From Mytilus californianus (lineage: Eukaryota): a stretch of DNA of 64,000 bases. Within the stretch, counting starts at the first letter, position 1. Each line of letters begins with the position of its first letter. Position numbers and translations under genes: made by a program. This document shows, piece after piece, positions 1 to 12,420 of this stretch. The notes under the pieces are model-generated. The model saw only the letters and a list, made by a program, of their open reading frames with translations, was not told the origin of the DNA and did not search any database. The stretch covers positions 14,260,001 to 14,324,000 of the forward strand of contig NW_026262593.1 of NCBI RefSeq assembly GCF_021869535.1. The letters run 5' to 3'.

Positions 1-36
1 CAACACTTCTGTCATAAATTTATACTTTCGAGACTA

Positions 37-620
37 TACAAGAGAGGCGAAAGATACTTAAGGGATATTCAAACTCATTAGTCGAAAATAAACAACGCCA
101 TGGCAAAAAAAAAGGTAAACGAAAACCAAAATCTGAGTAACACGAACCAAACCAAAACCAGGTGCCCCGGAAGGGAAAGCAGATCCTGCTCCACATGTGG
201 CACCCGTCGTGTTGCTCATGTAAGTATAAATCCGGTGATAAGTCTAATGCAGATGGTCACATTCGAGGAAAAGAGGACGGGATTGTGATGACGATCGCGA
301 CAATTGGAACGTATCCGTTGTCATCTGTGAAACAGATATTCCATACCGGTCAACCAACTCGTGATGGTGTCCGTAAAATTTTCAAAGGGATTAATTCAAC
401 TTCACTACTTGGAACTCTTAGTTCAATAGCTTCCTTGAAAGCAGCAACCCTCTATCCAGGAAATTATGATAAGAAATGCAAGCCCTGGAAAATCGTTTCA
501 ACTTGAAGATATACTAGTATACTTGAATGCTACTACATAGAAATGGAAAGTTCACAATTGGGAAGCTGAAATCATCTCTTTTTCGTAAAGTTTTGTTCTC
601 AACTGGCACTCATTGTCATT
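37..620 (-). mobile_element. Penelope-like retroelement 3' fragment (RT C-terminus, probably Naiad-type), degenerate, inside a CBR intron
   Basis: Minus strand reads LRTKLYEKRDDFSFPIVNFPFLCS...RACISYHNFLDRGLLL...KFYGHHHELVDRYGISVSQM with stops. The same segments recur at ~18.1, 21.2 and 25.4 kb. Confidence 0.75.
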
Positions 621-1202
621 TTCTGTATGTAAGACAAGATATGAGTCAGACTTAACTGTATCTGTTGTATCATTTCTGTCAAGCACAACATAACAAATCA
701 CATCATCAACGAAAACACCGATACACGTTATATATTGAACACTACCTACTCAATTAAAAAAAGAAAATCCAGAGTGCATGTATTATTGTGTAATACTGAA
801 AAAAATATGTAATGTATATGGGGAATCACCAATATGGAGAACTTTGTTATATCCAATACCCAAAGTTAAATACTAAAAAAAATAGACTTACATAAGGAAA
901 AAATAAAAAAATATTACACAAATAACACATGACTGAAATAGATCCCTGCTTGTCTTTTTGTCTTTCCTATGTATGTGCGGTTCCTTCCTAAGAGATGGGG
1001 AAGCTCCGTCTGCCGGTACCAAACAAAAATCAATAAAATAAAATTTACACAGGACTGACCTATAGAAGACATGTACCATTTTGAGGATCTCGTAGACGAA
1101 GCTATCAAATATCGATAAATAAATACGTCTGTTGCTTTCAATTAAAATGAAGCAAAGCTGTTGTGTCTTTCCTTTTTTTTTTCTTTTTTTTTTTTATTGA
1201 CA

Positions 1203-1660
1203 CCGCATCGGAGGTCTCGTGGTAGCGTGCTCGCCTCGAGTGCGGGGGGTCGTCGGTTCGAACTCTGGCCGGATCAATCCAAAGCCTATAACATTGGCAG
1301 TTGCTGATTTTCTGCTAAGCACGCGGCAGTAAGGAGTCATATAAGAGCAAACACTGAGTCAGAGTAATGTGTCCGGGTAGGGTGACATGTCTTTCTTGTG
1401 AACTAGCATGTTTAAAATCCGGCTTATTGTGTCTGTCTAATACAAAACAGGGTATTTTCGCTGAACTAGTATACATAACAATTTAGGGGCCAGCCTCCGG
1501 GTGCGGGATTTTCTGGCTGTGTTGAAGACCCATTGGTGACCTTGTGCTGTTCTCTCTTTGACACATTCCCCATTTCCATTCTGAATTTTATTAATATTGC
1601 ATTACCATCTCGTCCAAAATATGCGGTTAGTTTGCCATTGGACGTTAATCAGCCATCCAT
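1203..1660 (+). mobile_element. tRNA-derived SINE, interrupted by another repeat at ~1461-1590
   Basis: A-box-like TGGTAGCGTGC and B-box-like GGTTCGAACTC head, then a body. The 3' part (TTTGCCATTGGACGTTAA plus short tandem tail) resumes after the inserted repeat. Related 3' fragments lie at ~3310, 59980 and 61420. Confidence 0.7.
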
Positions 1661-1955
1661 CCACGCATCTACAAAATGACAAGTGTATCGATATCGTCTC
1701 ACAAATGTATCTTTGAATATGAAACTCAATGGAGCTTTCATGAGAACCATTTGTAGAAATATGGATTTAGATTAAAGCCATGATCTGAATTCTAATATAT
1801 GCATGATTGCATAAGATAATATTGAATGTATTATATATGATGTAGAGGTATATGTGAGCTCAATACATACTAAAAAAGAAATGCGGTTAACTATAATGTA
1901 TCTCAACCATATTAAGGAATAACATTTTTTCAACAAGTCAAACTACAATACATAC

Positions 1956-4900
1956 TCGATAAACTGTTGAATTAACGCAGTCAATTCATCCATAGTTATG
2001 TTTGGCTGTTTGAACTTTGACCTCATATCTTCATTGCACTTACTAATTGCTTCTTGTGAAGCCATGCTGGACACATTAACTACCCTGTAAAATTTGCATA
2101 TGTTTAAAAAAAAAGGAGGGGTTATTTTTGCATGATCAATAAGATTCAAGTTTAAGAAAATCAAATATTGAAAACAGCTGCTGATTTTTGTAAAGTTTTC
2201 ATCAATCTGGAAATGCCTGTACCAAGTCAGGAATATGACAGTTGTTTTCCATCCGTTAGATATGCTTCAGCTTTTGATTTTGCTATTTTATAAAGGACTT
2301 TCGGTTTTGAATTTCCATTGGAATTCGGTATTTTTGCTACTTTACTTTTTATGACAAATCATTTATGCCTTAAATACGTATGATACTGATCACATACGAC
2401 ACATGTTATGATAGAAGAATTTTCTGATTTACCCTTCTTGTCTCTTATTTTGTAAACAGAGCAAAATTCATAAAATATAATGCAACATCTAAACCACAAT
2501 GGCCTATACTAATTATAAAGGTTTTAAAACGATTTTAATGTCAGTCATTATAACTGCATGTAAATATAGACAAATAGAGGATTTAAAACGCCTGTAATAT
2601 GATGAACTTGAAATGAAGCCTACAAGATGTGCGTTTTTTTTTTGCCGTAGATTTCATAGAGGCAGAGGAGGCAGCTTCCCCTCCAACTTTCTTATAAAAC
2701 AAAATTATGTTTTTTAATATATTCTTAAAGTCACAAGAAATATGGTGTGGAAAATCTGTACCAGACAGTGCCGTTACCAGTGGTTCGACCAAAGTTACAA
2801 TGTGTATACGATCAACATCAGTACCGAAAGCAGGACCTGTTTACAAGTAGGGGCGCATGCAGCGAAAAATAGCAAAAATAAGAGACTATGACACAGCAAG
2901 GTTTTGTTTTAAGAATCTTTCCGATGAAGAACGTCGGAACATTATATATTAGTGCCTAATCGTCTATGTATTTATAATATTAAAAAAAATCAGTGGTGCT
3001 GATATATCAGATCTTTGGATGATACATTTCCTTGGCAAAGTTATTCAGTGTCTGAAGTTGGAGCTAAAAACCCAATGTAAGACAAACGAGAGCGATAAAA
3101 AAATTCACGATAAAAGTGAAAATGTTCAGCCGATTTTAACGCATCCGTACATATAACAGTGAATACTATGTCATTTTTTTCAAGCATATACTTTTCAAAA
3201 TTACGCACTTTATTTCTCATATTTCAATTACATTTTAATAATTTTGTAAGAACCTACCTATTGTATTAATTGTTAAACGTTTTTCAACCCTAATATTATG
3301 ATATAATTGACATTGGGCCTTAAGCAAGCAACAATCAATCAATCAATCAATCAATAGTTTTGTAAATCTGATGTATATAAAATTGTAGTTGCTTACATCC
3401 ACGCCATTTGGTCTCTGAAGTATAAGCTGTCTTATCGGCATTCTTTATATAAATAAGAAGATGTGATATGATTGCCAATGAGACAACTCTCCACCAGAGA
3501 ACAAATGACATAGAAGTTAACAAGTATAATAGGTCACCGTACGGCCGTCAACAGTAAGTAAAATCCATTCCGCATAGTGAGCTGTAATAGGCCCCGAAAG
3601 GACAAACGTAAAACAATTCAAACGAAAAAAACTAGCGACCTGATTTATGTATAAAACAATAAACCGAAAAACATATGATATACAGCAACAAACGACAACC
3701 AGTGAATTACATGCTCCCGACTTCGGATAGTCTCAGACAGAATGTGACGGGGTTAAACATTTCTGATGGCGCCAAAATCTCCCCCAAGTCAGCGGTGTAA
3801 CGGCACAACATAATAACAAAATGATAAAATTCAGTGGAAAAGGATTTATTTGAATAACTCGTCAGATTTATATAAAACATACAGAAAAAAAGATCTGCAA
3901 GTACTCGCAGTTACTGAAATAATTACAAATTAAAAAATTAAAAAACTTTGTATCTTAGCCTAAAATATTAATCAGTACACATCAGACATTCAACGGTCGT
4001 GAAAAAAAGAAGACCTTGTGCAATGATATTTTTAAAAAAATCAGATATTCTAACTTTGTTATGGACTTGATTTCAGATTTGGAAGCGAAATATATATGCA
4101 GCTGCGTGTGTTATGCTTTAACACATATGATATCAAACTACGTTATCAACACGTTCAAAGTTCCAAACCAAAAGAGTTGATTGGAGTATAGAAATATTGT
4201 CATTCCCTTAATTTTTCCTTTACTGCATTAAAACCCTTCCTAAAGTTAGGCGTACATTTGGCTTTGTGGAATGTACACACTTGTGGCCGCATCTTGTACA
4301 AATGATGACGTTAAATTTGATGTCTAGTGTACAAAGAGCGGGGGTCACACTCTCTGCACATTAAAAACCTTTGAAATAACTTTTTTAAAGGTCCTAAGGC
4401 TGCATTTTTTTATCAAAATGTCTGCTCTTTTCGAACAGACCCTCATCTCAATTTCCTGACCTTCACCCCGGTCGTCCTACGTTTTCAATAATGTTTGTCT
4501 TTTCGTCTTATTTCTTTGTAATGTTATTTTCTGTCCTCCTTTTGATATTGTGTTTTGTTTTCCCCTTGATTTCTTCCTGATTTCGTTGACATGACAGATG
4601 CAGATCCAGGATTTTGAAAATGGGGAAGGGCGCAGGCCCCCAAACTAGACAAAGTTTGATGTTGGGTAGGTAAATAGTCTGGATTAACTATAAATGAGCT
4701 CCATGAGGGGGGCAGGCAATCCCCCAACATAAATCCTCCTCTACATGACACTGCTGTATGAATCATAAAGGCTTTCTTGACTGTATAATTACCTAGCATG
4801 TGGCTTTAGAAGAGGAAACAAAGTATTACAAACATTCAAGGTACCAAAGTAATTTGTGCGACATGTCGTTGTAGCTCGCTCGCCAATAGTTCCTACCTGA

Positions 4901-5394
4901 AAAAATACGTCCAGAAGATATATTTCCCCACTAGAATTTGTATGATTTAAGGTGGTACCTAACACTACAGGGAGATAACTCTGTAAAAATCAGCTAAACG
5001 TTTTAATTACGTTGTATTGTTAAGGAAATATTAAGCTTCTCAATGATCAAAATAAGTGTTTGTCAAACTGCTATATAACCAAAGAAATTTTTCTGATAAA
5101 GTGGTTGGTTCAAATTTTTTGAAATTTTTATATTTTTGTCAAAGGGTCAAAGTAAACATTTTGTCAAAATTTTATGAAAATTAAACGAGCCAAATTAATA
5201 TTAGTCAAGGTGTTGGGTACCACCTTAAAAGTAAATAAAGTAAAAGTAATTTTTGTAGTTATAAAGTAAATTAGATATATTGTCCCAGACGGTTAGTAAT
5301 GCGTTGCTCTGTCATCCTCCATTAGATATTTTGTAGGTGTAAAATGATCTATGAAATTAACTTCCTTATATTTTAGTCTCAATTACAATTTTTG

Positions 5395-5468
<74 letters not shown>

Positions 5469-8400
5469 ACAAGAGCAACTCTAGCGAACTAACCTTTAAA
5501 AGAATATATTATTAAAGTTATTTGACATTTCTTGGAACCTATAAGGACCATGTTAAATATCATATTCAAACTGCTGTGTTCGTTTATTTCAGAATCAATA
5601 GGTCTTTATCATTCTTCCATTGCCATTGGAATTGGAATTTTAATCAAGAGTAGGGCAAACATTATAGCAGAAAAGAAATATGTTTTCAATGAATCGAACC
5701 GGATTTAGTGTCCAGAGGCTTCATATAACGGCAAATGTATTTGCAAAAATAATTATACTTCGGTGGCAAACATGATTCAAATCATAAGTGTTTCTCGTTT
5801 CTCGTTTTTTATATAGATTAGACCGTTGGTTTTCCCGTTTGAATGGTTTTACAATAGTAATTTTTTGGAGCCCTTTATAGCTTACTGTTCGGTGTGAGCC
5901 AAGGCTCCGTGTTGAAGACCGTACTTTGACCTATAATGGTTTACTTTTATAAATTTTGACTTGGATGGAGAGTTGTCTCATTGGCACTCATACCACATCT
6001 TCTTATATCTATGAAAGAAAATACGATACTTGATTAAATTCCTCTTCTGTTTTGATGAGTTTTCTCTCATTCTGCGTTGGCTGGTGCTTTTCTATGAACA
6101 GTTTGTACAGTTTGAGATGTTTACCATTGGTCCAACAGGTAGTATGTTATATGCCTGAACAATGGCATTTACACAATGTTATGTAATATCTCATGTTTTG
6201 TATCGGAAGAACTGGACATTTACTTTCTATAATTTCGGTTTGACAACGCGTTTTGTCAATAACATATAACGAATAACGACTAAATTTTGAAAATAGATAC
6301 CTTGTTCGAAATACCAGCATTGTTTATCAATATATCAATCCCTCCATAGTTTTCCTTGATAAAATCCTTCAGTTTGATTATTGAACTCAAGTCATCAATA
6401 TCGAGAGTATAGTATTTAGGTGAAAGTCCTTCCTTCTGTAGTTGAGTTACTGCAACTTGACATCTCTCCTCAGATCGACCTGTAAATTGTAGAGACTGTT
6501 ACAAGTATCCTTTTTTTTTTCTTTTTCTTTTTTTTTTTTTTGTGAGTAATATCTTTTATTTTAAATCACCTGGATAACATGAACCCTAAGCAGTCCAGGG
6601 CAGCTGACAGAGGGATCCCTGCTTTCATTTAACATATCCCATTTACCAGGGAAAATACAAATGGGTGAAGAAATATATATATACAAAAAAAACAGCATCT
6701 GTTTATAATTAGTTAATGTATTCTTCCCATGATTCTTTACACTTTGAAATCTTGCAATTACATATAATTTTATCCTTTTAAGGTACAATTATAAAAATAT
6801 ATTTAACTGTTATTTATATTGTATTCTAATAATTAATCCACTGTATCAGATTTACTGCTTCTATTCTTCTGACGAATATTTGTTATAAATATTCAGCGTA
6901 CAATACCTCTTCAGCAGACAGGTGTCTTGGAATACACCGAGGTCTGATAATTTATCATCATGATTCTATAAAAGTTGTGAATGAATTGAGTAGAAATTAT
7001 CGAAGGTCAGCAATCAACAGCAAGTTCTCCAAACACAAAATTGAGAAGAAAAAGACAACCCAAAAACAAAGGAAAATCAGATATGATATTAGACAACTAC
7101 TGAGGATGTTCCTGACTATGAAAGTTACAAAGAACAAACAATTAAAATCAGTACAGAAAATTCACAAAAATATTAGATAACGGTTTATTAGTTAAAAATA
7201 CAAAAGTACGAAAATTTATTTCCCACCCACTTTCAAATACCGGTTTCTGTACTTCTATGAAGATTCAATAGAAAAACGATATTCTACCCGAATGATTTTT
7301 CATAGAATCAAAAGTTACTTTATCAAGTAATGACGAAAAATCACTCAATTATAATGCCGCAGCAAATACACGTTAGTGGCCGTGGCATTTAGATTTCAAC
7401 TTTCCAACATGTCTATTAATCCCAATGAGTTCAGTTGACCCTACTAGTTTGTATTTGCGCTTTATTTGTTGAGTGTAGACTTTGGTGGATAGTTGTCTCA
7501 TTGGCAATCATACCACATCTCCTCATATTAATATTAATGTATTTTGATGAGTGTGCATACCATTCAACTTTCTTTCTGTGAGTGTGGAATAATTATTGAA
7601 AAGAGTCCTTGTTTTTAATGTTTTATAGTTTTTTGTTAATTTATAACACTATCGTATACTTATACTATTAAACGGGGCACCACGTTTTATTTTTTTCAGC
7701 TCTGTTGATGTTGTTGGCAAAATTAAAAAAAAACAAAGGTATATTGAACGAAATCACCGAAATTACCTTTATATGATATCATATAATTTTCGATACTAAT
7801 TTTTCTTCAAACATATATTGTGAGAGTGTGACCAAATCGATGACATTGTTGAAAATATGTGATGTATGGTGACAAAATTGAATAATAACAATCGACCATT
7901 TTAGATGTCATAAATTTCAGCTAACCTCTTTTCGTGTCGACATGGAAACATTCACTTTTATTCTATATTGCTGTATTGAATATAAAGGTTGAATTTTTGA
8001 AAGGAAGAAGAGCTTTATTTGTCTGTTGGTCTTTCTCTTTTTTCTAGCTATGGCGTTGTCAGTTTATTTTTCGACTTATGAGTTTATCTTATGACTTTAT
8101 CTTTCGCCTCTCTTTTGTTATTTATATCATCGTTCTATTATATAAGTACCTGTTAAGATGACGTCCCCGTCAAACTGTTTGCACAAGGATTCGACAATGG
8201 CAAAACCTATTCCTTTATTTGCACCTGTCACCTGTAAATTCAAAGCAACATTTATTGAATTCCCTCGTGAATTGTTCAAGATAGTATATACAATGTATTA
8301 TCAGCTCAGGAGTTAATGTTTCGGAACTGACACGAATTTTAACATACCATTCTAAAATTCTCCATTAATAAATTTAGATTTTAATCAAGAAACTCAGGTT

Positions 8401-9873
8401 CCCACTGCCTCAGACTAAGTTAACCTTTGCAGTATTTTGGCTAATCGTTTTTCTTTTTTTTTATCGCCTTTTGTTCATAAAACTCCTCAAGCATCTATAA
8501 ATCCTTGACCTTCTAACGTTTGGGTTTGGCTTCGGACGCACCAAGTACATAAAACGTTATTTTCATTTATTCGTGTTTCCTTGGAGATCATTTTGGTCCG
8601 GGAAGATCAAAAAACTATTTCATAAATTTAGGTAAACTTTAGCATGCAAATTTTGCACTGGTATCCTTTGTCTTCGTCCAGTAACCCCATTTTAGAAATT
8701 AAGGTTTCAACTCCCTTAGGCAAAGTTGACCTTAGATGGATTTGGCTATTTTCTGGGGTCCTTTCGATCATATAGCTCCTCAACTGTCTCATTTCTTATA
8801 CATCCCAGGCTTTCAAATATCTGGCTTTGATCGTTCCTGATGAATTAAGGTAAATCAATTCAAGCGCTTCGGACGCATGAAATTTATAGCGTGCTGTTTC
8901 CATTTTTTTACTAATGATATGTACAATAATTAAATTAGAGTACTGACTTCGTTTTTGAGTTATACATAATTGAAAGGGATATTCTTGGTTAAAAAATGGT
9001 TTCTACCACAAAACTTCGAAATAAGCGAAGTTTGTCGTCATGTTGCCGGGGTTTTGTTTTTGACGTTTTTCATTTTCATTGGTAAATTATTTAAAAAAAG
9101 TCGATGACCCTATGATTAATTATATGAATGAAATGGATATCAATTTTAATGGAAATCCTTAGAATTTTAATTAAGATTGAAGATTTCCTAGAGAACATTT
9201 TCACCCATTTTACAATGTACATCTGTTTACAAAAGAATTCATGCAATGATATTTAAGAAGTGAAAAAAATAGGAAATCAATATATATTTTTCCTAATGTT
9301 ATTTCAAGTTTAACATATCGTAGTTGTGTGTAAAATTTATAAAAATATGTGCCTTTAGTAAAGTTCGTACACTCGAAATCTAGAACCCAATTTAAAGCCA
9401 CTTTCAGACCACGAATGTAATTGATACCATATAACTTATACACGGTACATATAGTTTTTACAATTAGATATCTGAAACTATCTGAAATTTATTTCCTTAT
9501 GTTGAAAAGTTTATTTGAAATAGTATTTGTGCACAACAAAACGTGTTTATAATATGTGCGTAACACATATAATCGATATCAACTCTAATGTAAAAAAAAA
9601 ATCCGATAATTATTGGATTTCTCCTTATTTTTAGATTTTAAATAGAAACTAAATTAATTAGGATTTCACTCAGAATTAATGTTTAATTTTAAGCATATTA
9701 TTTTTATGAAAGTAGGAACAACTGATAACTATCAATAATATGTAAACATAACTGTATGCACACGTAAAAGTAAGAAAAGTAGATATATGATATATGTAAA
9801 CACAAACGTCCTATTCAAAGAGAAAGTACACATTTAACATATAATTACTTACAATTGCAACGCGTGTAGTCAT
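1956..9873 (-). CDS. CBR1: Carbonyl reductase [NADPH] 1-like short-chain dehydrogenase/reductase, 3'-partial. Exons 9873-9853, 8231-8150, 6479-6301, 4896-4793, 2084-1956; remaining exons not found in the window
   Basis: Phase-compatible GT-AG exons join to MTTRVAIVTGANKGIGFAIVESLCKQFDGDVILTGRSEERCQVAVTQLQKEGLSPKYYTLDIDDLSSIIKLKDFIKENYGGIDILINNAGISNKVGTIGERATTTCRTNYFGTLNVCNTLFPLLKPHARVVNVSSMASQEAISKCNEDMRSKFKQPNITMDELTALIQQFIE. This has TGxNKGIG, NNAG, RVVNVSS and the CBR-type helical insertion. The YxxxK exon is not seen. Confidence 0.93.
3455..3830 (+). repeat. Copy of an abundant dispersed repeat (GAGACAACTCTC family)
   Basis: Core AAGAAGATGTG(G/A)TATGATTGCCAATGAGACAACTCTC recurs at ~5.99, 12.14, 14.08, 38.71, 48.83 and 62.73 kb in both orientations. 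Confidence 0.8.
4951..5224. mobile_element. MITE with TTAA target duplication (Kolobok- or piggyBac-type non-autonomous element)
   Basis: TTAA|GGTGGTACCTAACAC ... GTGTTGGGTACCACC|TTAA: 15-bp TIR with 1 mismatch, TTAA at 4947-4950 and 5225-5228. Lies ~50 bp from the CBR exon 4 acceptor. Confidence 0.85.
5396..5468. repeat. (TA)n microsatellite of ~30 units followed by a short (GT)n
   Basis: Directly visible. Confidence 0.98.
5765..6012 (-). repeat. Dispersed repeat copy (GAGACAACTCTC family, reverse orientation)
   Basis: Near-identical to 62520-62770 and reverse-complementary to parts of 12118-12330. Confidence 0.8.
8385..8905. repeat. Two degenerate tandem units of a dispersed repeat (CTTCGGACGCA family)
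   Basis: Both units end in GCTTCGGACGCA (~8530 and ~8870). A related unit lies at ~19560-19720. Confidence 0.55.
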
Positions 9874-10022
9874 CGTCCTGCTTTCTTTCTTTTTGATTTG
9901 AAAGGCGTGTTGAAAATAAAAATTTAAAAGATATTGAATGTATTATTAAGACGTCGTACAATTTTTCCTTTACGTTAGCTACATTAACTAGCTACTGTAA
10001 CATTATTTTCATTCACTTTGAA

Positions 10023-10031
10023 CCGGAAGTG
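10023..10031. promoter_or_regulatory. ETS/GABP-type motif CCGGAAGTG ~150 bp upstream of the CBR start codon
   Basis: Exact consensus match in a promoter-proximal position; function is inferred only. Confidence 0.35.
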
Positions 10032-11297
10032 ATAATGATTGTTTTAATCAATGAAAAATACTCCTATTATAGTAATGTTAACAGTTCTTCTTAATTGAGT
10101 GCAGTGTAAAGTCTTAGCAACTTGTAAACACAATTTAAGATATAAAACTGATATCTGACAGGCTTGTGTCTCTTGAACATCTGAAACATTTTATTTCATA
10201 GGTTTATATTTTTTCAGTAACTTTTTTCTATTATCGAATTAGAAAAAAAAAACTACAAAAAATAGTCTTATTAACCAATTTCTCTTCACAATATCCTCCT
10301 TCTCCATACGTAAGTAATACGTAAAGGGCGTCTGTACAATTAAAACACCAGATATTCAGATACACAGAACGACAATAACAGAAGAGATTCCTGACTTTAA
10401 ACTTGTTAATTTTAAAAATATGTGACGGGATTTACCAATAAGTTGTTTTATTTATTAATTGTTCGCAACATGAATCGCTATAAGTCTAGATCGATGGATT
10501 AACCAATGTTTATTGAAAACACACAACCTTATTTCAGTACAAATCGTGTATCTCTATACAGTGCATTACAGATTTGAAAAACACATACAGGTTCAAATAA
10601 AACAAAACTAAATAATACCATACGAAAGAAATCTTCGACTAATTGAAATAAAGCTTAAAGTAAGTAATCTGCCGAAATAGACCTCAGATAGTCCTACGCT
10701 GTTTTATCAGCCACTTTAAACACCAGGTTTAATACATACGGGACTAACCTGTATCATCATAAGCAGTCTTCCAACGATAAACACTTTTGGAACTATCATG
10801 ACAATGTCTCACTATATCAACTTAACGACAAACATTTATCTATTCAAAGAGCCTATATGCTAACTGTTGTTCATCTGACATAATGTTCGGTTTTGTTCAT
10901 ATAAATTATTTTGGAATCGTATGGGGTATGACACATGCAAATAAGAATATTATAAAATAAGGTGATTTGGAAAGATTTTAAATGAGTTACGTATCAACCA
11001 GAGACCAAACGACAATGTTAGCAACTATAGATCACTGCATACCTTACGGGCTTCATCAACGAGCAAATTCCACACCGTATAGCAAACTGAAAAATGATAA
11101 AATGTAAAACTAAAACAATTCAAACTTGAAAACTAACGGCCTAATGTAAAAACAGAACAGCTAAGGAAAACAAATATGATATAAATACATGTACAGTGGC
11201 AAACGAAACAATTGAATTCTAGTCTTGGGACAGGCAAATACAACATGCTTGGTGTCTATCTCGTCTACGCATCCAATTCAGACTTCTTACTAAATAA

Positions 11298-12080
11298 CGT
11301 GTCTTCTAAGTCTGCTTGTGTCTGAACTGGTTACGTGTCCTTTCAGTCTGTGTGTGTCTGAACTGGTCACGTGTCTTCTAAGTCTGTTTGTGTCTGAACT
11401 GGTTACGTGTCCTTTCAGTCTGTGTGTGTCTGAACTGGTCACGTGTCTTCTAAGTCTGTTTGTGTCTGAACTGGTTACGTGTCCTTTCAGTCTGTGTGTG
11501 TCTGAACTGGTCACGTGTCTTTTAAATATGTTTGTGTCTGAACTGGTTACGTGTCCTTTAAGTCTGTTTGTGTCTGAACTGGTTAGGCGTACCTTTAGTC
11601 TGTTTGAGTCTGAACTGGTTATAACATCTTATAGTCTGTTGGAGTCTGAACTGGTTACGTGTCCTTTTAATTTATTCTGTTTGTGTCTGATCTGGTTACG
11701 TGGCCTTTTAGTCTGGTTGCGTCTGAACTGGTCACGTGTCTTTTAAAGTTGTCTGAACTGGTTACGTGTCCTTTTAGTCTGTTTGTGTCTGAACTGGTTA
11801 CATGTCCTTTTAGTCTGTTTATGTATGTACTGGTTAGGTGTCCTATAAGTTGCTGTGTCTTAACTGGTTACGTGTCCTTTTAGTCTGTTGATGTCTGAAC
11901 TGTTTACGTGTCCTTCTAGTCTGCTTGTGTTTGAATTGTATTCCTCTCTATTCAGTCTGTTTTTGTCTAGACTGCTTACAACTCCTTTAAGTCTGTTTAC
12001 TTTTGAGGGCTGCCTACCTGTCCTTTTAGTCTGTTTGTCTCACGGCTGCGTACATTTCCTGAAGTCAGTTTGTGTCTGGG
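11298..12080. repeat. 36-bp minisatellite, ~20 units, decaying towards the right
   Basis: Unit ~GTGTCTGAACTGGTTACGTGTCCTTTCAGTCTGTTT. The left units alternate as a 72-bp dimer, which explains the repetitive ORFs in the track. Confidence 0.95.
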
Positions 12081-12117
12081 CTGCTAACGTGTTCTTAATG
12101 TGTGTTTGTATATATAT

Positions 12118-12420
12118 AAAAAGAAGAAGATGTGGTATGATTGCCAATGAGACAACTCTCTACAAGAGACCAATTGACACAGAAATTAACAATATATAGG
12201 TCGCCGTATGGCCTTCAACAATGAGCAAACCCCATACCGCACAGTCAGCTATAAAAGGCTCCGAAATGACAATGTAAAACAATTCAAACGAGAAAAACTA
12301 ACGGCATAATTTATGTACAAAAAATTAACGAAAAACAAATATGTAACACATAAACAAACGACAACCACTGAATTACAGGCTCCTGACTTGGGACAGGCAC
12401 ATACATAAAACATTAAACGA
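12118..12420 (+). repeat. Dispersed repeat copy (GAGACAACTCTC family)
   Basis: Colinear with 3455-3730. Confidence 0.8.

Noticed and set aside
1203-1280. tRNA gene
   Set aside because: A and B boxes are present, but I could not build a cloverleaf and the sequence continues into a SINE body.
2583-2840. Minus-strand ORF or exon-like segment inside the CBR gene
   Set aside because: No SDR similarity, and the flanking CBR exons join in phase without it.
11290-11746. Repetitive ORFs on both strands (SELVTC... and HVTSSDT...)
   Set aside because: They arise from a 36-bp (multiple of 3) minisatellite, with no splice or gene context.
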